DNA of 64,000 bases from Escherichia phage Andreotti. Below, piece by piece: positions 46,725 through 53,487 of the stretch. Below the pieces are notes generated by a model, which made no database searches, was not told the origin of the DNA, and saw nothing but the letters and a program-made list of their open reading frames with translations. Position numbers and translations under genes: made by a program. The first letter of the stretch is position 1, and every line of letters begins with the position of its first letter. The stretch lies in the sequence record MN850610.1. One strand, written 5' to 3'.

Positions 46725-47459
46725 TTATTTCTGTAATGCGCTCTTCATTTCTGGTGTTGCAATAGTGTCAATCACACCAGTTTTACAAGCATCGTCAAAC
46801 CAGTCTGGTAAGATACCTGCTAAGAACCCATTGATATTCGTTTTAAGGTACTCTGCAATAAGGGCAGCTTCTTCTTCAATCATCTGCACAACTTCATCTG
46901 CATAAGCTGTAATCTTTGAAATACCTTCATTAATCTTACTGACAGCTTGGTTAGCTAAATCAGAAACAGTATCAAGACCCTTATCAATAGCATCTTGTAA
47001 GTCACTTAACACACCATTAACACTATCTAGTGTACTGTTCATCATGTCAATAGCTTTTTGACCATACTCTGTAGCAACACCCATGATACCACTGAATGGT
47101 GTACAACCAACTTGTTCTCCTGCTGCACCCATAACATTGGAATACCCCTTTGCTACCTGCATACGTGATGAAAACTCATCAATAGATTTTTGACCGTAGT
47201 CTGTCAGAGTTTTAGTAGTTGCTGTAGTGCTTGTAAGGCTTGTTGTAAAGCTGTTTAGAAGGACTGTTGTAAGTCCAGCAGCAACAAGTTTCTCCTTCAT
47301 TGTAGGGTCTGTTACAGAACTAATAGAGCTTACAAGTGATGTAGAAGCAGCTACGGTTCCACCGAGAACTGCTGCACCAGTAATAAGCGGGTTAGAGAAC
47401 CCTTTACCAGTTTTTAAGAGATTAAAAATCTCCTTACCTTGTTCTGTCATCTCTTTCAT
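46725..47459 (-). CDS. hypothetical protein (244 aa) embedded in tRNA array
   Basis: track ORF 46725-47522 trimmed to ATG 47459 (MKEMTEQ...) so it does not overlap tRNA-Phe; Ser/Thr/Ala-rich. Confidence 0.55.
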   Translation of the reverse strand: MKEMTEQGKEIFNLLKTGKGFSNPLITGAAVLGGTVAASTSLVSSISSVTDPTMKEKLVAAGLTTVLLNSFTTSLTSTTATTKTLTDYGQKSIDEFSSRMQVAKGYSNVMGAAGEQVGCTPFSGIMGVATEYGQKAIDMMNSTLDSVNGVLSDLQDAIDKGLDTVSDLANQAVSKINEGISKITAYADEVVQMIEEEAALIAEYLKTNINGFLAGILPDWFDDACKTGVIDTIATPEMKSALQK

Positions 47460-47475
47460 TAAGCACCTTTGAAAT

Positions 47476-47552
47476 TGGTAGTCCAGTGGGATTTGAACCC
47501 TCTTCTCATGTTTTTCAGACACGCGCTTTAACCATATAAGCTACTTGGACTA
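47476..47552 (-). tRNA. tRNA-Phe (anticodon GAA), tentative
   Basis: anticodon arm CGTGT-CUGAAAA-ACATG; T-loop TTCAAAT with one stem mismatch; ends approximate. Confidence 0.55.
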
Positions 47553-47557
47553 TAAAT

Positions 47558-47633
47558 TGGGGTGACCTACGGGATTTGAACCCGTATAGACCATGTTCAC
47601 AGCATGGGTCATTACCGTTTATGATAAGGCCAC
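47558..47633 (-). tRNA. tRNA-His (anticodon GUG)
   Basis: acceptor with one G-U, T-arm ACGGG-TTCAAAT-CCCGT, anticodon stem CCATG/CATGG, CCA encoded. Confidence 0.7.
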
Positions 47634-47664
47634 ATTTAAGGACTCTCGCAAGAATCCTTAGAAG

Positions 47665-47740
47665 TGGCAGCGGCATAAGGATTTGAACCTTAATAGGACA
47701 GCTTCAGAGGCTGCTGCATTGCCAGTTATGCTATACCGCT
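47665..47740 (-). tRNA. tRNA-Gln (anticodon CUG)
   Basis: T-arm TAAGG-TTCAAAT-CCTTA; anticodon loop CUCUGAA; CCA encoded. Confidence 0.65.
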
Positions 47741-47745
47741 AAATT

Positions 47746-47824
47746 TGGTACTCCATATCGGATTCGAACCGATACATAACACAGATTTTAAGTCTGGCCT
47801 CTCTGCCAATTGGAGTAATGGAGC
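47746..47824 (-). tRNA. tRNA with Leu anticodon UAA, short variable region (atypical)
   Basis: T-arm ATCGG-TTCGAAT-CCGAT, anticodon loop CUUAAAA, D-loop AAUUGGCAG, A73, CCA encoded, 79 nt. Confidence 0.55.
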
Positions 47825-47826
47825 AT

Positions 47827-47902
47827 TGGCGGGGGATGTTGGAATTGAACCAACTTCTTCGATTTCAAAGACCGAGGTTTTAACCTTGTAAACTAATCCC
47901 CT
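47827..47902 (-). tRNA. tRNA-Gln (anticodon UUG)
   Basis: T-arm GTTGG-TTCAATT-CCAAC, anticodon loop CUUUGAA; 1-72 mismatch. Confidence 0.6.
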
Positions 47903-47910
47903 TTAAATCT

Positions 47911-48468
47911 TTACTTTCTCAGTGGATGAATAAAGAATGCCAACATAACTCTTTCCCTTGAGAATGCTCTTTCTTCTGGGACAACACTTTTTAGTTTCCA
48001 TCCAACATAAATTCTCCAGTAAAACTGTTTACCAAAGATTTTAATTGACGGAATAAAAGCGAATAATCCCCAAGCATTGTTGTTCCACATTAGGAGATAA
48101 CCTGTCTGATTATCTTCAGGGTCAGAACTTACGTTGATATTACCTTTCCACTTAGTAACATCTTTTACATCTCTTCCTAATACATGGTAAGAGAAGTTAT
48201 AAGCTTTGTTTCTCCAGAGCCATCCAACTCTCTGCATATAAACACCGAGCTTGCCAATCTTTCTAATCTTAGCCCATCTCTCAACGTGGCCTTTATCACC
48301 ATCAATCGGGTTGTCATAGGTCTCCATCCATCTGAATCCAAAAGGTAGATGCCCTTTCTTCTCACTGTAGAATGGAACTACGAAAGGTGCTAAGATGACT
48401 GCTAGGGTTGCTGCAAATGGTTCTAGTAAAGCTAGGAAAATCCATGAAGCATACTTCAAATATCTCAT
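47911..48468 (-). CDS. hypothetical membrane protein (185 aa) within tRNA array
   Basis: N-terminal hydrophobic segment WIFLALLEPFAATLAVILAPFVVPF; AAGAGG RBS. Confidence 0.55.
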   Translation of the reverse strand: MRYLKYASWIFLALLEPFAATLAVILAPFVVPFYSEKKGHLPFGFRWMETYDNPIDGDKGHVERWAKIRKIGKLGVYMQRVGWLWRNKAYNFSYHVLGRDVKDVTKWKGNINVSSDPEDNQTGYLLMWNNNAWGLFAFIPSIKIFGKQFYWRIYVGWKLKSVVPEERAFSRERVMLAFFIHPLRK

Positions 48469-48486
48469 CTAAATAGCCTCTTAAAA

Positions 48487-48564
48487 TTGGTGTTCCAAGA
48501 CGGATTCGAACCGTCACTAATACAAGGTTTGAGCTTGCATCCTCTGCCAATTGGGATACTGGAA
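48487..48564 (-). tRNA. tRNA with Leu anticodon CAA, short variable region (atypical)
   Basis: T-arm GACGG-TTCGAAT-CCGTC, anticodon arm GCAAG-CUCAAAC-CUUGU, D-loop AAUUGGCAG, A73. Confidence 0.55.
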
Positions 48565-48565
48565 C

Positions 48566-48640
48566 ATGGTACTCACTAAAGGACTTGAACCTTTTTCTTC
48601 ATCTTGTAAGGGTGATGTTTTACCATATAAACTAAGCGAG
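48566..48640 (-). tRNA. tRNA-Val (anticodon UAC)
   Basis: T-arm AAAGG-TTCAAGT-CCTTT; anticodon stem 5 bp incl. G-U, loop CUUACAA. Confidence 0.7.
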
Positions 48641-48736
48641 TGTGAAAGAGGTCTGAAGTTGTGCCGCTAACTCAACTCCGTGGAATTTGTTACGGTCTTC
48701 AGTTGACACCAGCGGTCTTTCACTTGACCTCTGAAT

Positions 48737-48813
48737 TGGTGCTGCTCACAGGACTCGAACCTGCATTTCCATCCTTACAAGGGATGTGTAATAGCCAATT
48801 ATACGAAAGCAGC
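48737..48813 (-). tRNA. tRNA-Thr (anticodon UGU)
   Basis: T-loop TTCGAGT; anticodon stem 5 bp, loop CUUGUAA. Confidence 0.7.
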
Positions 48814-48819
48814 ATTGTT

Positions 48820-48894
48820 TGGAGCATCCAGAGGGAATCGAACCCTCAACCTCAGTTTGGAAGACTGTAATTTTCCCGTTTAAACTATGGATGC
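48820..48894 (-). tRNA. tRNA-Gly (anticodon UCC)
   Basis: perfect acceptor, T-arm GAGGG-TTCGATT-CCCTC, anticodon loop CUUCCAA. Confidence 0.7.
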
Positions 48895-48900
48895 ACTAAT

Positions 48901-48976
48901 TGGTGGAGTCACTGAGAATTGAACTCAGTTCCCAAGTTTGCAAAACTCGAATTTTAACCATATAAACTATGACCCC
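48901..48976 (-). tRNA. tRNA-Ala (anticodon UGC)
   Basis: G3-U70 pair in acceptor (Ala identity element); T-arm CTGAG-TTCAATT-CTCAG; anticodon loop UUUGCAA. Confidence 0.7.
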
Positions 48977-48982
48977 ATTGTT

Positions 48983-49058
48983 TGGTACAGGTGGAGGGAA
49001 TTGAACCCATCGTCTTACTGATTAAGAGTCAGCCGCATAACCATTTTGCTACACCTGC
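48983..49058 (-). tRNA. tRNA-Lys (anticodon CUU), tentative
   Basis: T-loop TTCAATT with one stem mismatch; anticodon loop CUCUUAA. Confidence 0.55.
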
Positions 49059-49065
49059 ATTAATT

Positions 49066-49143
49066 TGGTAGGAGACAAGGGATTCGAACCCTCAAACATC
49101 TCGTTCTAAGCGAGATAGGTTTACCAATTACCGTCAATCTCCC
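49066..49143 (-). tRNA. tRNA with Leu anticodon UAG, short variable region (atypical)
   Basis: anticodon arm TCTCG-CUUAGAA-CGAGA perfect; T-loop TTCGAAT; D-loop AAUUGGUAA; A73. Confidence 0.55.
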
Positions 49144-49400
49144 ATTAAATCTTTTTAGAGAACTCCTAAGAACCTAAGCAACAAGGTTCCACAACAAGCT
49201 GTAATAACCTTAGAAGCCCTCTAAAAAGACCTAAAAAGGTCTTTGCATAGTCTTGTTTAATCCGGTGACTAGAACCTTTGGAGAGCTTGATATTATCTCT
49301 TCTCCGTGACACCTACTAGGTGTTTTATCAGTGTGTACGACAATACACGAGGGATACCAAAGCAACATCCGAATGAAGCTTGGCTTTAAATCTTATTAGG

Positions 49401-49488
49401 CGGTAAGTAAAGGAGTCGAACCCTCACCGTATCTCTACAGTGGCAACTGTTTTCAAGACAGTTTGGCTACCATTAGCCGCTACCTACC
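49401..49488 (-). tRNA. tRNA-Ser (anticodon UGA), class II
   Basis: 88 nt; 6-bp anticodon stem AACTGT/ACAGTT, loop CUUGAAA; 19-nt variable arm; T-loop TTCGACT; CCA not encoded. Confidence 0.65.
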
Positions 49489-49501
49489 CCTAATAAGATT
49501 T

Positions 49502-49584
49502 TGGCATGGGACGGAGGAGTTGAACCCCTTTGAAACGGTGTTGGAAGCCGTTGCTCATGCCTTAGAGTCTTAACATCGTCCCAT
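49502..49584 (-). tRNA. tRNA-Trp (anticodon CCA) with enlarged D region
   Basis: perfect acceptor ATGGGAC/GTCCCAT, anticodon arm ACGGC-UUCCAAC-ACCGU; about 7 extra nt between acceptor and anticodon stem. Confidence 0.5.
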
Positions 49585-49724
49585 ACTATAATTCGAAGCT
49601 TACCGTATTATCTCAACACTGTAAAGCCCCTTCTCAGATTATTTACATGTTCTGGAAAACATGAGATACAGACCACCTCCCTACAGGAAGACCCGCTAAG
49701 GTCGTCTAAGTAATCTGCTAACTA

Positions 49725-49801
49725 ATTGGCACACCCTACAGGATTCGAACCTGTAACTAACGATTTAGAAGACCGTTGCTCTATCCAATTGAACTAAGGG
49801 T
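49725..49801 (-). tRNA. tRNA-Arg (anticodon UCU)
   Basis: T-arm ACAGG-TTCGAAT-CCTGT; anticodon loop CUUCUAA. Confidence 0.65.
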
Positions 49802-50049
49802 GCATTAATCTTTAAAGACTCTCTTAGAAAGCCCTTAAAGATGCCCACCTTATTAATCATACCGTGGGCGAGTACGCCAAATTCTTTGATGAGGGATTGG
49901 AAGACCTCACTGGTGTTTAGCCTATCAAGCTACTGCCAGAAAAACATTGTCGTTTGCATTTATTTTAAATTTGCAAAATAGACGCTACGCAACGAAAACT
50001 AAGGGTACTATAAAGTAGTCACATCTCAATGTCAACAACTTTATTGAAT

Positions 50050-50124
50050 TTGGTTGTAGGTGAGGGTATCGAACCCTCTTCTAACGGTTATCAGCCGTTT
50101 GCATTACCATTTATGCTAACCCAC
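50050..50124 (-). tRNA. tRNA-Ile (anticodon GAU)
   Basis: T-arm GAGGG-TTCGATA-CCCTC; perfect 5-bp anticodon stem, loop CUGAUAA. Confidence 0.75.
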
Positions 50125-50126
50125 AA

Positions 50127-50203
50127 TTGGAGGTTCAGATGGGATTCGAACCCACATTCATAGGGCTTATGAGACCCTTGCATTACCTTATCTGCGACTG
50201 AAC
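50127..50203 (-). tRNA. tRNA-Met (anticodon CAU), elongator-type
   Basis: perfect acceptor GGTTCAG/CTGAACC; T-loop TTCGAAT; anticodon loop CUCAUAA. Confidence 0.65.
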
Positions 50204-50207
50204 CATT

Positions 50208-50283
50208 TTGGTAGAAGTGGAGGGATTCGAACCCATCGCCTGTCAGATTAAAAGTCTGCCGCATCACCATTCTGCTACACTTC
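50208..50283 (-). tRNA. tRNA-Lys (anticodon UUU)
   Basis: T-loop TTCGAAT; anticodon loop CUUUUAA. Confidence 0.6.
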
Positions 50284-50293
50284 CATTAAATTA

Positions 50294-50440
50294 TCTTTGT
50301 AGATAAGCTACCCAGACTTGCTTAAGGTCTGTAGCGATGTGCCTTTATGGGTTTAAAATCTAGAATTTACCCTTTCACCCTTTGTGGTCGCATACTCACA
50401 GGTAAGCTTAATAACTTATCTACAAAGATAATTACCAGAC
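50294..50440 (-). repeat. structured non-coding element bounded by a perfect 17-bp inverted repeat
   Basis: TTATCTTTGTAGATAAG (50294-50310) and its exact reverse complement (50424-50440) enclose 113 nt containing nested inverted repeat GCTACCCAGAC / GTCTGTAGC. Confidence 0.6.
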
Positions 50441-50713
50441 CGTTATTTATCATCTTAAGTGCTACCATTACACCAACTCGACATCTGCCGAGTGAAGGAA
50501 TCGAACCTTCGCCTTTTCTTTACCGAGAAATAGATTGTTTAAGTTTTGCTGTAAACGGTCTTCTGTAAATTTGTTGAGCCAGACCAAGTTTTAAATTTTT
50601 CAAAATTGAATTGGCTTGAAATTTTAAGTAACTTGCTGAATTTGGTCTTCTGCTCCTTTAAAGGATACTCGTAAGAACCCTTTAAGGGAGGGGCTAAATA
50701 GCCCTCTCAAAAT

Positions 50714-50789
50714 TGGCGAGGTATGCGAGAATCGAACTCGCGGCTCAGGAGAGACAGTCCCGTATTTTGCCCATCTAAACTAATACCCC
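50714..50789 (-). tRNA. tRNA-Asp (anticodon GUC), tentative
   Basis: acceptor GGGGTAT/ATACCTC, T-arm GCGAG-TTCGATT-CTCGC; anticodon loop CUGUCUC has U at position 37. Confidence 0.55.
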
Positions 50790-50795
50790 AAAAAT

Positions 50796-51224
50796 CTATG
50801 TACCATTTCTTAGGTACTTCTCTTTACGCCTTGCTGGATTGTAGTGCTTGCGTCCTTCTGCGTTTTTAGCAAGTCTGCAAGGTTCACACCTACAACCTCT
50901 TCTATAACCAGACACTGTGCCATGTTTAATTGGTGTGTATTTCCTATCACCAATCTGGGCTGGCCTAGTTGCTTTTGAATTACATTGTATGTGGCTGTAA
51001 GATATATTGTCAAGTGAGAAGAAAAGCTCTTTTGCATTCTCTTCATGTCTCCAAGGAACTTTATGTTCTATAGAGAAATCAACTCTGGACATTTCTTTTC
51101 CACAATGGTGACACTTATTCTGTCCAGTTTTACAAACCAAATCAAAGAGTAAATCTTTAACAAGCCTGTTCTGGGCTGTTCCTAAGCTCATACCAAGTTG
51201 TGACTTGTAAACTTCATTCTTCAT
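50796..51224 (-). CDS. HNH endonuclease (putative homing endonuclease) inside tRNA array
   Basis: CHHCGKEMSRVDFSIEHKVPWRHEEN...H (HNH-type His/Asn spacing); C-terminal GYRRGCRCEPCR. Confidence 0.7.
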   Translation of the reverse strand: MKNEVYKSQLGMSLGTAQNRLVKDLLFDLVCKTGQNKCHHCGKEMSRVDFSIEHKVPWRHEENAKELFFSLDNISYSHIQCNSKATRPAQIGDRKYTPIKHGTVSGYRRGCRCEPCRLAKNAEGRKHYNPARRKEKYLRNGT

Positions 51225-51246
51225 AGTATCAACATCTTATTAAAAT

Positions 51247-51331
51247 TGGTGCGCCCATCTGGACTCGAACCAGAAACCTTGAAAGGGACAGTTTTACAGA
51301 CTGCTGCATTGACCATCTCTGCCATGAACGC
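51247..51331 (-). tRNA. tRNA-Tyr (anticodon GUA), class II
   Basis: 85 nt; T-arm TCTGG-TTCGAGT-CCAGA; anticodon loop CUGUAAA; hairpin variable arm; CCA encoded. Confidence 0.65.
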
Positions 51332-51341
51332 ATTTAAATTT

Positions 51342-51418
51342 TGGCGGTTAGTCAGGGATTCGAACCCTGTGCCATTCGCTTAACAGGCGACCGCACATAC
51401 CTTATGTGCTTCCTAACC
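51342..51418 (-). tRNA. tRNA-Asn (anticodon GUU)
   Basis: T-arm CAGGG-TTCGAAT-CCCTG; anticodon loop CUGUUAA. Confidence 0.65.
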
Positions 51419-51495
51419 TTAATACATTGCCAGACCGTGTTTTTTCTTTTATCCGCAAAAAGTATTTTGTTGCTGTAAACGGTCTTCTGTAAATT

Positions 51496-51571
51496 TGGAG
51501 GCGGGTGCAGGAGTCGAACCTGCCGATACCATGCTAATGAGACATGTGAGACGCCCTTTCTCTATACCCGC
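51496..51571 (-). tRNA. second CAU-anticodon tRNA (Met, or Ile2 via lysidine), irregular acceptor
   Basis: T-arm GCAGG-TTCGACT-CCTGC; anticodon loop CUCAUUA; acceptor pairs only with a 1-nt register shift. Confidence 0.45.
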
Positions 51572-51663
51572 AATTCTTAATGACCAGACCAAATCTCTTC
51601 TTTGTCCGATTTACCTTCAGATGAATAAGATTAAGTTTGCTGTAATTGGTCTTCTGTCAAAAC

Positions 51664-51741
51664 TGGCGTTCCAGAAGGGATTTGAACCCTCAGATATCCA
51701 CTTTGAAAGAGTGGTGACTATACCATTTTGTCTACTGGAAC
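51664..51741 (-). tRNA. tRNA-Glu (anticodon UUC)
   Basis: perfect acceptor; T-loop TTCAAAT; perfect 5-bp anticodon stem, loop CUUUCAA. Confidence 0.7.
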
Positions 51742-51748
51742 ATTAATT

Positions 51749-51825
51749 TGGTCTCTGTTGGAGGATTTGAACCTCCGGCCTTACCGCCCCAAACGGAACG
51801 CTCTACCAAGCTGAGCTAAACAGAG
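51749..51825 (-). tRNA. tRNA-Pro (anticodon UGG)
   Basis: perfect acceptor CTCTGTT/AACAGAG, T-arm GGAGG-TTCAAAT-CCTCC, anticodon loop UUUGGGG (G37). Confidence 0.7.
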
Positions 51826-51990
51826 ATAAACTTTTCAAACTCTATGTAACCACTTTAACATTATTTTTTAGTGGTTGTCAAGAACTTTTTTAAAATATTT
51901 TTCAGTATCTTAGAAAAGCTCTCGTTTCGTCTCTATGTAGAACATATTAAAGGGTATCAAACACATTGTCAATACCCTTTTTAAAACTTT

Positions 51991-53406
51991 TTACCAGATA
52001 TAACGGTCAATCATTACTGCTTTGAGCATTACACTGATTGGGTCAAACTTCTCACCACCAAGCAGAGCTTTTAAAGTGGCTGGAGAGAACCCTGATACCA
52101 TTGCTACACCGTTATCCTTAACAGATACTTCGCAAGTACCATTACGGTTTGCTAAGTACCAGAATACCAGTTGTGGCATCTCATATCCAGCTTTTTTGTA
52201 CTTACTCTGAATTGCTTCAAAGTTTGTACGTCCGTTAGCTCCATCAACCTGATTGAACTCCATATCGGAGAAGATGATAAGCTTACTTGGCATATCTTTC
52301 TGAGTCAAGTTGTTTCTTTTACCTGTTTCAAGAATGCGGTCAAAAGCTGCTTGTAAGTTAGTTGAGCCATATTCAACGTGTCGCATCACCTGACGATGAC
52401 GGTTTCGTAAATCACCACTCAGTTCGATGAAGTGAGGGTTTGTTGAATAAACCATCAACTCATTCTTAAAGCAACCTGTATTGCGTTCTGCTACATACAA
52501 GGCAAGTGATACACCAATATCAAGAGCAGTAATGGAGCCAAAATTCACCCAAGACATTGAGCTTGAAACATCAGACATACATAGAATGTTTTCACCCTCT
52601 GCCATCCAGTTTGGTAGTGCTTTCCACTGCTCATTAGCAACATCTGCATTACCATACTTAACAGATTTAATCACATCGTATGGGTAAACAGCACCAGCGT
52701 TAATCTTAGTCTCACCTTTTGATAAGGACTCGATGTAAGCTTTGTAACGTTCCCCATCTTTACGGTTAAAGAGTTTTTGGTAACGTGCAGCAGCAAGTGA
52801 AGGAATCTTACTGTAGTCAATCTTACCAAACTCATTAGCAGAGATTTTTTGCTCAACTGTATCAGAGAGTGCAGACAACAGTGTGCGGTACTCTTTCTCA
52901 CTCAAGTTGGCAAATTTGCAGAAACGTTTTACAAACTGCTTGTGACGTGGTTTGACTCGTGGTAACCACTTAGCTGCCAAACCTGCTGTTGCAGGGTCTA
53001 GTAATGCTGCTTCTAAATGTTTGAAGGCATCTGTCTCGAAACGAGTACCTACGAAGATTTTGAAGTCATCAAAACGACCAAGTTCTGCAATCTTATCCAT
53101 AATGCGAAGAACCTGTGCAGGCTCTAAAACTTTGTCTTCAATCGCTTGAAGCAAAACAGTTCTGAAGGCTTTACGCTCACCCATACCTTCTCGTACATCT
53201 CGCATATGCAGTAAAATACGAACTGAAACATCAACATCCTCACGCAAAGCTTTGTAGAACAGGTCTGGTAAGATTTCTACATTGCTACGACTTGAACCAG
53301 CAGCTTTGTAAAAGTCTACAAGAGCAGACATTGATGAAGTATGGTTTACAGCACCATTTTCAGTTCGACCTGCATGAAGGTGCGCATGTTTAAATAACTC
53401 GCTCAT
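51991..53406 (-). CDS. von Willebrand factor A (vWA) domain protein with N-terminal helical domain (471 aa)
   Basis: MIDAS-type DxSxS motif in LCMSDVSSSM followed by alternating hydrophobic strands; about 250-aa helical N-terminal region; directly upstream of tRNA array. Confidence 0.6.
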   Translation of the reverse strand: MSELFKHAHLHAGRTENGAVNHTSSMSALVDFYKAAGSSRSNVEILPDLFYKALREDVDVSVRILLHMRDVREGMGERKAFRTVLLQAIEDKVLEPAQVLRIMDKIAELGRFDDFKIFVGTRFETDAFKHLEAALLDPATAGLAAKWLPRVKPRHKQFVKRFCKFANLSEKEYRTLLSALSDTVEQKISANEFGKIDYSKIPSLAAARYQKLFNRKDGERYKAYIESLSKGETKINAGAVYPYDVIKSVKYGNADVANEQWKALPNWMAEGENILCMSDVSSSMSWVNFGSITALDIGVSLALYVAERNTGCFKNELMVYSTNPHFIELSGDLRNRHRQVMRHVEYGSTNLQAAFDRILETGKRNNLTQKDMPSKLIIFSDMEFNQVDGANGRTNFEAIQSKYKKAGYEMPQLVFWYLANRNGTCEVSVKDNGVAMVSGFSPATLKALLGGEKFDPISVMLKAVMIDRYIW

Positions 53407-53487
53407 ATTTTACTCTCTTCTCTCATTTGTTGTTTGATGTGACAGACTTTAGAGCAACTTTGTAGAGTCTGTCAACATCTTTTAAAA

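Noticed and set aside
46630-46905. 91-aa plus-strand ORF
   Set aside because: Overlaps tRNA-Ser on the opposite strand and the 3' end of minus-strand gene 46725-47459; no RBS.
49146-49400. Additional tRNA in the spacer between tRNA-Leu(UAG) and tRNA-Ser(UGA)
   Set aside because: Contains hairpins (e.g. AAAGACC...GGTCTTT at about 49213-49240) but no canonical T-loop and no acceptor pairing; the TTCTAGT-like loop near 49290 lacks a purine at position 57.
50347-50568. 73-aa plus-strand ORF inside the tRNA array
   Set aside because: Overlaps the 17-bp inverted-repeat element and the orphan T-arm; surrounding transcription is minus-strand.
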